From positions 12,176,127 through 12,240,126 of the forward strand of contig NC_081359.1 in NCBI RefSeq assembly GCF_030684315.1: a stretch of 64,000 bases of DNA, in the 5' to 3' direction. The notes under the pieces are model-generated. The model was not told the DNA's origin and did not search any database. It was given only the letters and a program-made list of their open reading frames with translations. Positions 50,982 through 62,720 of the stretch are shown one piece after another. The stretch comes from Stegostoma tigrinum. Lineage: Eukaryota. Made by a program: the position numbers and the translations under genes. The stretch's first letter is position 1, and every line of letters begins with the position of its first letter.

Positions 50982-52680
50982 ATTCTCCTGCCAGGTCCTG
51001 TTTTTCCCATTCTCAAATGGCCAGCGTTCAGGGACAGACAAAGAAAATGCTTCAAGATAACACTGAAGCTCTCCTTGAGGAGCAGCTGCATGCCATTATG
51101 AGGGGAAGCTGCCAATCAGTCAGCAAAGCAAGAACTTGCCCACCAAGCTGCATCATGTTTTGAGTCGCTACATTTAAACGATGACCCAGATTGGCCCAGC
51201 ACTCTCTGCATTCCTGCTGCAAGCGTAATATATGAGAAGGAAAGTAAAGGGAACAAATCCTGCATTCCAATCCCACTACCTTCCGTGCCTCATGATCTAT
51301 GCTCATATGAAGCCTCATAAAAGAAAAGCACTATGTTGCAGAGATATTATCTTCAAAATAATAGAAATAATGGAGAAATCCTGATGCTCTGCACTGGAAG
51401 GAATCCAAAGGCACTTGCAATTACCACTATCCTTTGAACTTGAATGTTATTATCCAAATGGATTTACATTTTTCCCTATGAAACAGAAAATTGGTTATCT
51501 CCATGATGCAATGATGTACTGTTGCCTACCAAGTGCCATCAGCATCACTTGCCTCTCCTCAGGAATTGGTTGTAAGTAAATAAAAAACTGTAAGGTAGTT
51601 CTGAATTTGATAGGAGCAGCCCATGCTGATATCTTCTGTGAGATCGTAGAAGATGTACAGAGCTGTTACAAGTCAGCAAACAGCTGCCGAGATAGGTGCA
51701 GCCCTCTGATGCACTGTCATTCCAACATATCCAGATGAGTTCTCCCTTTGGCTGTCCCTATATTCAGGATTATCACCTTTATTGCCTTTCTGGCCCTGGA
51801 CCTTGCATCCCTATTGAATGAGGGCCTGCTTCATCTACTGCAAATGCTTTCCCTCATTATTAATTGAAATGTCTTAGAATGATTCAATCTGATTTCCTGT
51901 TAATTTCTTCCATTCTTTCCATTGGATTGTGGAATCTTCTTGACCAATTCCTGTCATGAAACCAGGATGTCTGGGTGCAGAGGGGTATGCCCATCATTCA
52001 GACCTGCCACCCCAAAATGGTTTTGCCCAGAGCGATGAGACTTGTAGATGATTATCAAAGTGCTATGAAGCCAGTTGCCTATGAATAAGGGGCTTTCATC
52101 TTTAATGGTACGTCCTTCATGCAGCCCAGTCATCCTGACTCCATCTCAGCATAACCTAAAATATGTGTACTATATTTAATGTGATGAATAAAGTGCGCAG
52201 CAAGCACCTTTATTGTGATACAAGTTTTGTTGTTGGTCTACAGACCACAAGGCTTCTAAGATTCCCTTTCTTTCCTGAGAGGGTAACATCAAATTAAAAG
52301 GGCTGAATGGCCTACTCATGTCCCATATGCCCCTGATACAGGCCAAAAGGGTTGAGTTCTGAAAAAAAATCCAAAATCGAACAATGAGTTTTCCCCACCT
52401 TTAGAACATAAAAAAAGTCTCAGCTGTGCATTCCTGCTGCAAATGTAATATATGAGAATTATATTCCATTTCCTCCATCAGCCATGCTTAGGCTTTGTCA
52501 CAGAAATTGCTCAATTTACTGAAATAGCAACTAGTTTTGTGCTGTGAATCCACACCTTCAGGAAACTAAACTGAGGCAACTGAAACTCTGTTCATGCAGG
52601 CACCCTTTAACTGTGAGATAATATTCGTGGATTTTCTTTTTCCTCTGGCACTGAAGTCTGAACCACAGTGAGAGATAAAA

Positions 52681-52892
52681 AAACAAGCAAGGGAGTTGTA
52701 TTTCAGAGAGACAGAATTAAATCTGCTGTAGAGGAAGTTTGAAAATAGTGCGAAGACAGTTGCATCCAGCCAATGTGCAACTATGCTTGAAAATGTTGGA
52801 GTTATACTTGCAAAAATTACCACTCAATCACAAAACTGATGAATACCAACTGAGGTGGTAATGAATGCAGGAAGTGGTTTGAAAATGTGAGA
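52681..52892 (+). pseudogene. Decayed Myb/SANT-like DNA-binding domain (Harbinger ORF2-like)
   Basis: KQARELYFRETELNLL/EEV...AKITTQ...*GGNECRKWFENVR. The TGA and TGG codons are explicable as CpG decay of Arg codons. Confidence 0.5.
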
Positions 52893-53641
52893 ATATATGC
52901 TGAGGAAATGATTGCCTCGAATTTCAAACATTGTTGATGTAGTTGGATCAGGATCAGCAAGCCGACAGTTCATGAATCTCATTGAGGAAAAAATAGAACG
53001 ACATTTCAGATTGAGCTCATATGCATAGAAGTAAACTAAGTTCGGTTGCAAATTTTAACTTGCTAAACGTTTCTATAAGTCTTAAAGTAATAATTTTTAC
53101 ATATTAGCTGAAAGCTAGCTTCTGATACAGAGCTCTGTGTATTAGGACCGCGAATATGTCTACTGCTATAGCTGCTTATGTAAACTATCTATCAGATTTC
53201 TAGTGAAGTTACAATGGCTGGAAATAATTCTAAGTGACTTCTCGCTCTTAGAATGACAATTTTCAGCATGACTTAGCATGATCCTAGCTGATAATTGTAC
53301 AGGAGAGGTCAAATTCCAGAGTGAAACCTGGCTTAATAGACAATAAGTTTTATTTTTGAAATTTGGCTACCATAGTGGTCCGTCACAATGCATATTCATA
53401 AGAGGATACAATTTAATACAATAGCAGCAAAACTAATAACAGAACAGAAAAGAAAGAGGTGTATACGTGGAACACAATTTGGGAAGATCTTACCATAAAC
53501 AGCAAAAATACTCAATCCTTTTTCTCTCAACAGCTTCTTTTACAGACACTCAAATGCAGTGACATATCACATATTTCATAACTTTCTTAACCATAAGCCA
53601 AGGTAACAAACAGTTCTTTTAGGCAACTTTCAATATATTCA

Positions 53642-53785
53642 GACCCAAAGGTCCTCAGGAATGGTCACCGGACCCGAAACGTTAACTCTGTTTTTTCCTT
53701 CACGGATGCTGCTAGACCTGCTGAGCTTTTCCAGCAACTTTGTTTTTGTTCCTGATTTACAGCATCCGCAGTTCTTTCGGTTTCT
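53642..53785 (+). mobile_element. PLE family B pLTR
   Basis: ggtcaccggacccGAAACGTTaactctg... closely matches 367-452; the 5' core is decayed (ctcagga). Confidence 0.85.
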
Positions 53786-53809
53786 TCAATCTCTCACTGA
53801 GGTACGCAA

Positions 53810-54769
53810 TGTTATGGACCAGACCAGGCCCCCTCAAAATATTTTAAGAAGGTAGCCGAGACCCTAACTTTTTCTTATTTTAAAGGTCAATGCGAAGATG
53901 TTCCAGATGCAATGTGATCGGTCAAACTACTCAACATTAAGCAAAACGCAATTTATTTAAACACTTTAGTTAAAATACAAACAAAAGAAAGTGGAAATTA
54001 GACCAATTTTATTGGAAATCTTAACCAAATGATAAACGCAATACCTATTACTAATTAACTATTCCAAAATAGTACTATCCCATAAACACGCTCCTTGGCC
54101 GAAAGGCAAATTCAGTCACAAAATATTACATGCAGTTGTCCAGTCCCAGAGGAAACAAAAAACCAAGAGAAATTTCAGCTAACATAGCAGCTAGGAGTCA
54201 TTCAGTGAAGCCTCCAGCTTTATAAGAATCCAATGGCTTCTGATGCTATCGAGAAAACCAAAACCCTAAAATCTGGATCTGTGAGCACTGACCATACCCA
54301 TTTAACCTGCTTCCATTGTTCCAACTTAATAAGAACTCAAGACCTACTAACCTCATCCCGCCCCCTTGAACTGTCCGTACTTCCTGGATGGACCTATCCC
54401 TTCCCTATCTCCCCACCTACACACACCTTTACTGGCTCCATCCCCACCTCTTTGACCGTCTGTCTCCTTTCCACCTATCTTCTCCTCCATTTATTTCAGA
54501 ACTCCCTTCCCTCCCCCATTTCTGAAGAAGGGTCTAGGCCTGAAACTTCAATCGTCCTGCTCCTCTGATGCTGCTCAGCCTGCTGTGTTCCTCCAGCTGT
54601 ACATTTTGTTAAGTCAGATTCTCCAGCATCTGCAGTTTATACTATCTCTGTTAAGGCCTCACAAGCTGTTTACCTAAATCACTTCCAGTAGCCACTTCAG
54701 CACCTCTGCCTTACAACCTGGCTTAAAAAGACAAGACAAATAACCTTTCAAAGTGACAGTATCATCACG
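53810..54769 (-). mobile_element. Probable solo LTR (Gypsy-like) with nested PLE pLTR
   Basis: Termini TGTTATG...CATCACG, 4-bp flanks gcaa/gcag and tttatt-like poly(A) signals (minus strand). Confidence 0.45.
54341..54650 (+). mobile_element. PLE family A pLTR with hammerhead-like core
   Basis: CTGAAGA(54522-54528)-A-gggtctaggcct-GAAAC-ttc; similar to 14570-14895. Confidence 0.85.
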
Positions 54770-54958
54770 GCAGACGCAGACGAACTCACTGATTTTTCTC
54801 ACTGAACTCTAAAGATTATTTTCCCTGGCACTATGACTGATTTTAGGCTGTGAAACAGCACAACTGTTAGTATCAGTCTTTACCTCTGAATTGAACTTGC
54901 TTCTGGTCTCTGACCTGTTTTCCCCCGGGTCATATAGACGCAACTTGGTAAATACTTA

Positions 54959-55233
54959 CACAACACAACAACAACAACAACAAAATCAACAGCAACAAGA
55001 ACAACAAAAACAGAAGTTGCTGGAAAGGCTCAGCAGGTCTAACAGCATCTGAGAAGGAAAAAACAGAGTTCACCTTTCGGGTCCCGTGACCCAAAGGTTC
55101 TAAGGAAGGATCGCTGCACCCGAAACTTTAGCTCTGTTTTTTCCTTCACAGATGCTGCTAGACCTGCTGAGCTTTTCCAGCAACTTTGTTTTTGTTCCTG
55201 ATTTACAGCGTCCGCAGTTCTTTTGGTTTTTAT
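54959..55233. mobile_element. Palindromic PLE family B derivative with (CAA)n 5' junction and 14-bp TSD
   Basis: TSD ttggtaaatactta (54945-54958) / ttggtatatactta (55234-55247). Arms 55003-55092 and ~55108-55196 are inverted; a ~37 nt tail is on the right arm. Confidence 0.85.
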
Positions 55234-56059
55234 TTGGTATATACTTAGCTCACCAGGTAGCTTGTCTAATCATTGAGCTCAAGTCACAGGATTTCATGGA
55301 AAATGTTATTTTGATCTGGTGATAGCAGAGTTTCTAACTTGTAAAAAGTCACCTTCACAGAACAGAAAGTCAAAGATTCATTTATTACGACTTCGGAACC
55401 CAAGCTGCTAAATAATATTGTATTAGTAATCTTCATCATTACGGCCACCTTTAGAAAATAAATGACATTTTTTTAATCAAAATTTGCTCATTACTGTTTT
55501 CTTCTATGTTGACAGGAATAACATATTTACAATAAATACACGGGAATGTTTATAACAATCAGGCCATTTTGCTCCCAACATTCATTGTTCTCAATATTTG
55601 CTCTGACAAAACATCTACTGTAACATTCTTGTCTTGCTGCACGCATGTTTTTCAAATTATGTGGTTTCAGCATGAAAATCAAACAAAACAGTCTCAAAAT
55701 CTTGTAAATGTAATTATTTTAGAAACTTGAGAGAATTATGGTTTATCTAAATAACAGCCTCTGCAGAGATTCAGATATATAGAGTTCAAAGAGTATTACA
55801 AATGAGACTGGAGGAGTGCACTGTTGCTCTAATCCCATTAGTCACAACATAAAATAACAATACTTTTGCAGGTTACCACAATGACAAATTAAATACCTTA
55901 ACCATATCAAGTTTCAAACAACCAGGCTTCGTAAGAAACACAATTATGGGCTTATTATTGGAATAAAATTTACTCTATAAAGATACAGTAGCTGTAAGCA
56001 GCCATGACTAAGGTTTCGGACATGTTCTTATTATGGTTAACATACACAGTCAATAACAT

Positions 56060-56350
56060 AGTATCTCTTCAGTGGGGAAAGAGGCCATTTGTCCCAGAAA
56101 GTCTGCACCAACCCTCTTTAGAGCAACCCAATCAGATCCACCCCATCTCTGTAACACACATTCACCCGTGGCTAATCCACCCAGTCTGCACATCTTTGGA
56201 CTGTGGGAGGAAACTGGAGCATTCGAAGGAAACCCATGCAGACACAGCAAAAGTGCGCAGACTCCACACAGACTGTTTTCCGAGGCTGGAATCAAATCCA
56301 GCTCCCTGGCTTTGTGAGACAACAATTCTATCCACTGAACCACAGTGCTG
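56060..56350 (-). mobile_element. HE1-type V-SINE abutting the gap
   Basis: V-domain rc tgggtttccttcgaatgctccagtttcctcccacagtccaaagatgtgcag, with a tRNA-like head at ~56285-56350. Confidence 0.85.
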
Positions 56351-56508
56351 NNNNNNNNNNNNNNNNNNNNNNNNNNNNNNNNNNNNNNNNNNNNNNNNNN
56401 NNNNNNNNNNNNNNNNNNNNNNNNNNNNNNNNNNNNNNNNNNNNNNNNNNNNNNNNNNNNNNNNNNNNNNNNNNNNNNNNNNNNNNNNNNNNNNNNNNNN
56501 NNNNNNNN
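56351..56508. other. Assembly gap (158 N)
   Basis: Run of N. Confidence 1.
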
Positions 56509-59500
56509 AACAGAAGAATAAACTGATTTATCTACAGAATTTGGCTTTCTGAAAAAAGTCTCTTTGGCTGATAGGTTAGTCTTGAAGGTGAAAGGACAAA
56601 TGCTCCCATGCCTGTAGCTGTAATGTTTGGTACACATCTTCGAGGCCTTGCTGACTTAGTTTTCTTTTTTAATCAGTATTTCAGAAGAACTGTTACACTT
56701 CATTTTGAACTGATATAAAGAGTTTTCTTTTCAGAAACAAGAGTGATCAGCTGAGCATCTTGTTCAGTGAAAGCTTTTCTCTAACTCAGTTGGTTCTCAG
56801 TAGACTTTACTCCAACTCAGTATTTTTTTAAGCAGGCTTTTTCCTCCAGTGAATAGGTAAAACACTCAGGCACCCCACGCGCCGTGCACTCTGCCCCTGC
56901 TGGAAAGTTATCATCTCTGCTGTGAAGTACTCCATGCCCAGACACGCCTGGAGCTACAGTATTGCCACTGGAACCGTGTCACCATTCTTCAGTGCTATCT
57001 TCTCTCCATTGACATCATCGCTGCTATGAGTTCGCCCTGGGCTGACCTCAGCAATGCAGCCGATGTTGAAGCTGCCGGGTCCCAAACAGGGTTCACACGC
57101 CACATTGTGCCCACCGTGCCGAAGCAGCCAGTGCCTCGTTCTGGATTATGTTGCCACCTCTTGGGACCGCCATTTCAGCAAAGGAATCTGCCACTGCCAA
57201 CACTCCGGAATGGAGCCGCTCCCATCGCCGCCAACATTCCAGGGAGGGGACCAATGCTGCTGGGAAAACGAGGAGAAAGAAAGGGAAAAAGGAAGGGCAA
57301 AAATAAAAGAAAGAGAAAGCAAAAAGAAAGGCAGAAAGAAGGGGAATGTCAGGTGATGTTTGGAGTAGAAAAGGCAGGAGAAGGGGATACTGTGGGAAGG
57401 TTGAGGCCTGCAGGGGGCCCACTGAATGGAAAGGACACCCTGTGCCTGCCTCCAGCTCCAGGCAGGGAAACACACTGGTGGTGGGTGGGTCAGTGGTAGC
57501 CACACACTCGCTGACATTAAGATGCTACACTCCTTCCAAACTGCCAGTGGAAGTGAACGGCACATTAATTCAAGTACATTGTGTGCTGCATTTCAGTTCA
57601 ACAAAACTCATGGGAAGATAGTTCCTTGTTAAGCAAGTATATTGCCAAATATCAGGACCTACATGGCAATGAGGCGTGCTTCTTAGTCCATTCTGACTAC
57701 TTATTCAAACAAGTTGCTGTTGGGCATTAGGTGCCACATCTAATATCTTGTACAAAATCCAAATAGCAATTGTGTTCTGCCGCAGATTGAAGCTAGCAAA
57801 AATTTCCTTTGCTTTGTTCTATTTTTTTCTTAATCTCTGTAATGAGGCTGGAAGATTTATGAAACTTCTGTGGCAGTTGCTCGTATGGAGTAAATTTTTG
57901 ATGATTACAGTTTGAAATTTGAACAGATCCTTCCTTGCAAGCCAAGACTTTCGCGATGATGACAAACCCTGAGTAGAAAGTAATTCATAAGATGCAATCA
58001 GCTGTATCAACAATTTCCACTAACTCATTGATTTTAAGCTCCCCTCCCCGCCCTCAATACAACCTCTGTGGCAAAAACATAATAAAGGGAATCAAGATAA
58101 CTGTGTGTCTAATGTTGTTCATCATTATTAATGGACAAATTACACATCAACTTCAGGCAAGGGCAAATGTATTTTTGAACACAAAAGGTCTATAATATTC
58201 TTCACAACAGGATATTCTGCCAGTGTCTTCCAAAAATCAGGATCTCATTATCTGACCCATCAGTTTAATAAATATGAAGCACGAAATGTCTTTATTTATG
58301 TTAATAATGGACTAAACTCAACTCATAAATTTAAGCCATCTTTATTGCCATCTAAGTAACCATTTTTATTATATAAAAGATCTTAGTTATGGTCAAACAA
58401 CCTTTTTAGCACTAATAATGTACTTTCTTAAGCATGGATCTTATTCCTTTAGATTTCAAATATTGAAGATCTCAGAATTATAGCATAGGAATAGGTTTTT
58501 TAGCCTATTGTATTTGTGCTGGTTTTCTAAAAGAACAACTGACCAAGCTACATTCTCCTCCAACAGCACTGCAAATGTGTTCCCTTTAAAAGAAGTTAAG
58601 ACATATTTATCTTACACAATTTCTGACCTTTTTCCCAGTCTCTTTCTTTCCTTTTATTATTTTGCTTTGTGTGCCTGATTTGCACTATGCTGTCTTGCAC
58701 TTCCTAATTCACATTCTGCACCGTACGGCAACATTAGTTCAATTTGATTTGTGAAGGTAACACATAGTTACGCTGCCTGTCAATAAAATCCCACATGGCC
58801 TGCAGAGGACAGCATGGTATTTTGATCAACCACTTACAACAAAGGCTGTTGCCAATTAAATCAGCATGGACAAGACTTACAAATGATATTTGTCCTTTAT
58901 CCATCGGAAACAATATATTCTGGTGGTGTATCTTCAATGCAACACGGATTTGCATTTCCAGAGTGTCTTTACCAGAAAGGGACACCCAACAAATGAAATG
59001 AAAAACAGTAGCATTTTCAGTGTATGCTATTTGTGATCTGTTATGATCAGTTATCAGTCCTTTCTCATGACTGCCAAAAATGGATAGTGGGACTCAATGC
59101 ACAAATATACATAGTAAAACAAATGCTCTTTGAGTATTAACTTGATCCATTAAACAACCAGAGATTTCACCTTATTAGAAAGTTCAGTAATACAGATTTG
59201 CCAAAAGTGGTCAGCCAGTGTGAACAGAAAATGTGCCAACAAAAATCTGTAACTGTGAAATTCAAGATACCATCAGGGAATACATTTTGATACAAATACT
59301 TAATTCTTCAAATCTCCTCTTCATGCTCTGTTAATCAACCCAGAATGTTTATGACTTATTTGATGTTTTAATATGTTTATTTGAAAAAAAAATTCCAGTA
59401 GCTATGTTTCTTCTTTGGGCCAGAGTGACAGTCCGTGACTGTGCCCATGCAATAAAAAATTTAGATGTTTCTGGATCAGCTGTTTTTAGGAACTCTGATC

Positions 59501-59834
59501 TGACTGTGGGTTGAAGTTTCCATTTATTTCGGAAAAGTGCTTCTTTTAATCCAAGTTAGAGTCATGATGGTCAGTCTCCCATGGTCCAACTTATCTCATG
59601 CAGTCGGCCTGTTTGGAGTCTGTCTTGTGGAATTGTGTGGCAGGAGGAGCAGAAATGTTTTCACGACAGGGGCATTATGATGTTCATGCCACCTGAGCCA
59701 TATTTAAACCACAGCTCCTTGGCACTTGACATCTGCCACCTTGTTCTCTGCATGGCCAGAACAGACCTTCATACTGTTGTTGTGCACTGCTTTCCTGAAG
59801 GAAATAGCCCAGAAAGGGAACATAGCTTCCTCAA

Positions 59835-60825
59835 TAAAGTCACAGAGATGTGCAGCACAGGAACAGGCTCTCCGGTCCAACTTGTCTATGCCAGCTGAAT
59901 ATCCTAAATATATCTACTCCCATTTGCCAGCATTTGGCCCATTTCAATATAAACCCTTCCTTTTCATATACCCATCCAGATGGCTTTTATATGTAGTAAT
60001 TGGACAGCGTACACCACTTCCTTTGTCAGCTCATTCTATGCATGCACCACATTCTGTGAAAAAGTTGCCCCTTAGGTCTCTTTTTAATCTATTCCCTCTC
60101 ATATTAAAACTATGTCCCCTAGTTTTGGACTCACCCACCCCAGGGGAAAGACTTTGGCTATTCACCCTATCCATGACCCTCATATAAACCTCTATAAGGT
60201 CACCCCTCAGCCTCCAACACTCCAGGGAAAATAGCAGAAGTATATTCTGCCTCTCCTTGTCGCTCAAACCCTTCAACCCTGGCACTACCCTTATAAATCT
60301 TTTGTGAACATTTTCAAGTTTCACAACATCCTTCTGAGAGGAGAGAGACCAGAATTGCACACAGTATTCCAATAATGGCCTAACCAATGTCCTGTACACC
60401 TTCAACATGACCTCAACTCCTGTGCTCAATACACTGATCAATAAAGGCAAGCATACCAAACATCTTCTTCATTATCCTATCTATCTGCAAATCAACTTTC
60501 AAGGGACTATGATCTTGCACTCCAAAGTCTCTGTGTTCATTAACACCCCCCAGGGTCTTACCACCAAGTGTATAAATCCTGCCCTGACTTGCCTTTCCAA
60601 AATGCAGCATGTCACGTTTATCTAAATTAAACTCCATTTGCTACTCCTTGGCCCATTAGCCCATTTGATCAAGGTTTCATTATACTCTCAGGTAACCTTC
60701 TTCGCTGTCCATGATGCCTCCAGTTTTGGTGTCATCTGCAAACATATCAACCATACCTCTTATGTTCACGTCCAAATCGTTTATATAAATGACAAAAAGC
60801 AGTGGACCCAGCACCAATTTTTGTG
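59835..60825 (-). mobile_element. CR1/HER1 LINE RT-to-3' end fragment
   Basis: VLGPLLFVIYINDLD...MFADDTKTGG and YRTLVRPLLEYCVQFWS; frameshifted. Confidence 0.93.
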
Positions 60826-62319
60826 GTGGCCTGGAGATGCAGGAGGACAGGGTTGAGGTGGGAAAATGATGACAATGCTTTTTTCTGATTAGCAGCAAAA
60901 CAGGCCAAGTCACGAAATACAGCCATCCTGGACAAACATTGTGACCCAAGTCACTGTACTGTCCTGGTTGAAATGAACACACAGGAGTACAGGGAGAAAA
61001 ATAATGATATTCAGCATTTCACAAGGGTAAATAGCACTAGCTTCTCTCTATATTTCACCCTCACAGGGATACTCCTCGGTCTTATTTTGTTATTGAACAA
61101 ACGCTTCCCAAAATACAATGGACTGCCACTCTCACTACTGTATGTAACATGTCTTAATGACTTTCAATTGCCTCATCCTCCCAAACTACTAACTCTTTGA
61201 GCCCTCAACACTTCCTACTCATTCAACAGGGATACCTCAGCACCTCTCCTGCCTCTGCATCACCATTTGACATCTCTCCTGTTCCATTGCCATCATACTC
61301 AACACTACCTTTCTCCTGTTGTAGGAAAGAAAATTCTCACTACTGAGCCATGAGGGCAAAGACCATGAGCTCCAGGGTATTTCAATGAAAATGGACACCC
61401 TCGCCTGCTGAGCTTGGGGTAACCCACTCGAGTGAAGGCAATTATAGACCCTCCTTCAGGGCATTTCCTAATCAGAAGGACTTGAAGTTGGCCCACAGCA
61501 AAGCCCCAAAGCAAACACAGCCTTGAGCAAATGGTTAAAGTTTCCTTCAGGGTCCTGGCCGGCAAGCTGTTTTAGTTTATTAAACAAAAGAAATGGTGTT
61601 AAAACTGAGTAGACCAACGTGTTAATATATAATATGCCTTTAAAGATGTTGAAACATGCAGCAGAAATTTAATCCAAATAATCCCAAAACACTCTTTTAA
61701 GATCGCGAAAATACTTTGACATCATTCAAAAGCATCACAAGTACAGCGCTCACACCAGAGAAAAAAGGCATTTTTAAAACACTTCATTTGGCTTAGGTTA
61801 ATTGTGACTTCAACTCAAATCTGTGAAAATCTAATAGCCTTCTTCTGGAGCTTGCAGGTATCTGAGCTTTCAAATAACATCTTCAGGGTTTCATCCAAGC
61901 AGTTCTGGTTTGCGTCTATCACTAAATTCCTTACTCTAAGATAATCTAGTTTTATTATCTTCTCCGCTTCTGTGTATTATACATCCATCTTTTATTGGCT
62001 TCTGTAAAAATGCCTCAAAACTGAAAATTTTAGAAAAAATCTTTGTTTTCTAAGCTGCTGGTGCTTTCCTTGATCTTAAAAACAAATCTAAAGTTTTCAA
62101 ACAAACACCTTGATTCACAATTGTTTACCTTGTTGTGTTCTAAACTCTCCTAAATTATTTTTTAAAATTAGTTCTAAAAGCTATATCCCTGAGATGTTTT
62201 TCAAAGGAATCACCTTGCCCTCAGAAATATCAGGCAAACCCATACGTTATTAATTCAAAATTCAAAAAAACAAACTCAAAAGAAATGGGATTAAAAATAA
62301 AGACAAGTTTTTTTTAATT

Positions 62320-62720
62320 CATTCAAAGGAAGTGGATAATATAGACTAGACCAGCATTTATTGCTCCATCTCCAGTTTCCCTGAGAAGCTGGTAGTCTCT
62401 ACTTGAACTACTGAAGTCCATTGTCCTACACTGATCTAGGATGCCACTGGAGAGGGAATTCCAGGGTTGTAACTTAATGACACTGAATGAATAATGTTCC
62501 AAGCCACCTCATTTTTAGGTCTGCCTGGTGCTGCCCCTCACTTGCAGTCCTGAACTCTTCATTGAAAACAAGAGTGATTCCTTGGGTTTGATCGTGGTGC
62601 TGGGCCGTGAGATTGCAGATTATGTTGGAGTACAGTCTTGCTGCTGCTGATTCCTCACCCTAACTGATGGATGTCTGCAGTTTTGAGTTGCTAGAGCTGT
62701 TGGAAGTCTACATCACAGGA
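62320..62720 (-). mobile_element. L2/CR1-group LINE 3' fragment
   Basis: ccagcatttattgc...cctgagaagctgg...gggaattccaggg. Confidence 0.55.

Noticed and set aside
51500-52140. Harbinger DDE transposase remnant next to the Myb/SANT fossil
   Set aside because: Could not recover IDGTH, DSGY or R..IE motifs by eye.
56004-56637. ORFs of 182-195 aa
   Set aside because: They run through the N gap and an HE1 SINE.
57026-57499. 157-aa ORF with a Lys/Arg-rich NLS-like stretch
   Set aside because: The basic stretch comes from a low-complexity purine run, and no domain is recognisable.
58874-58970. Minus-strand exon ending at GTAAGT
   Set aside because: Weak acceptor and donor context, and no recognisable peptide in any frame.
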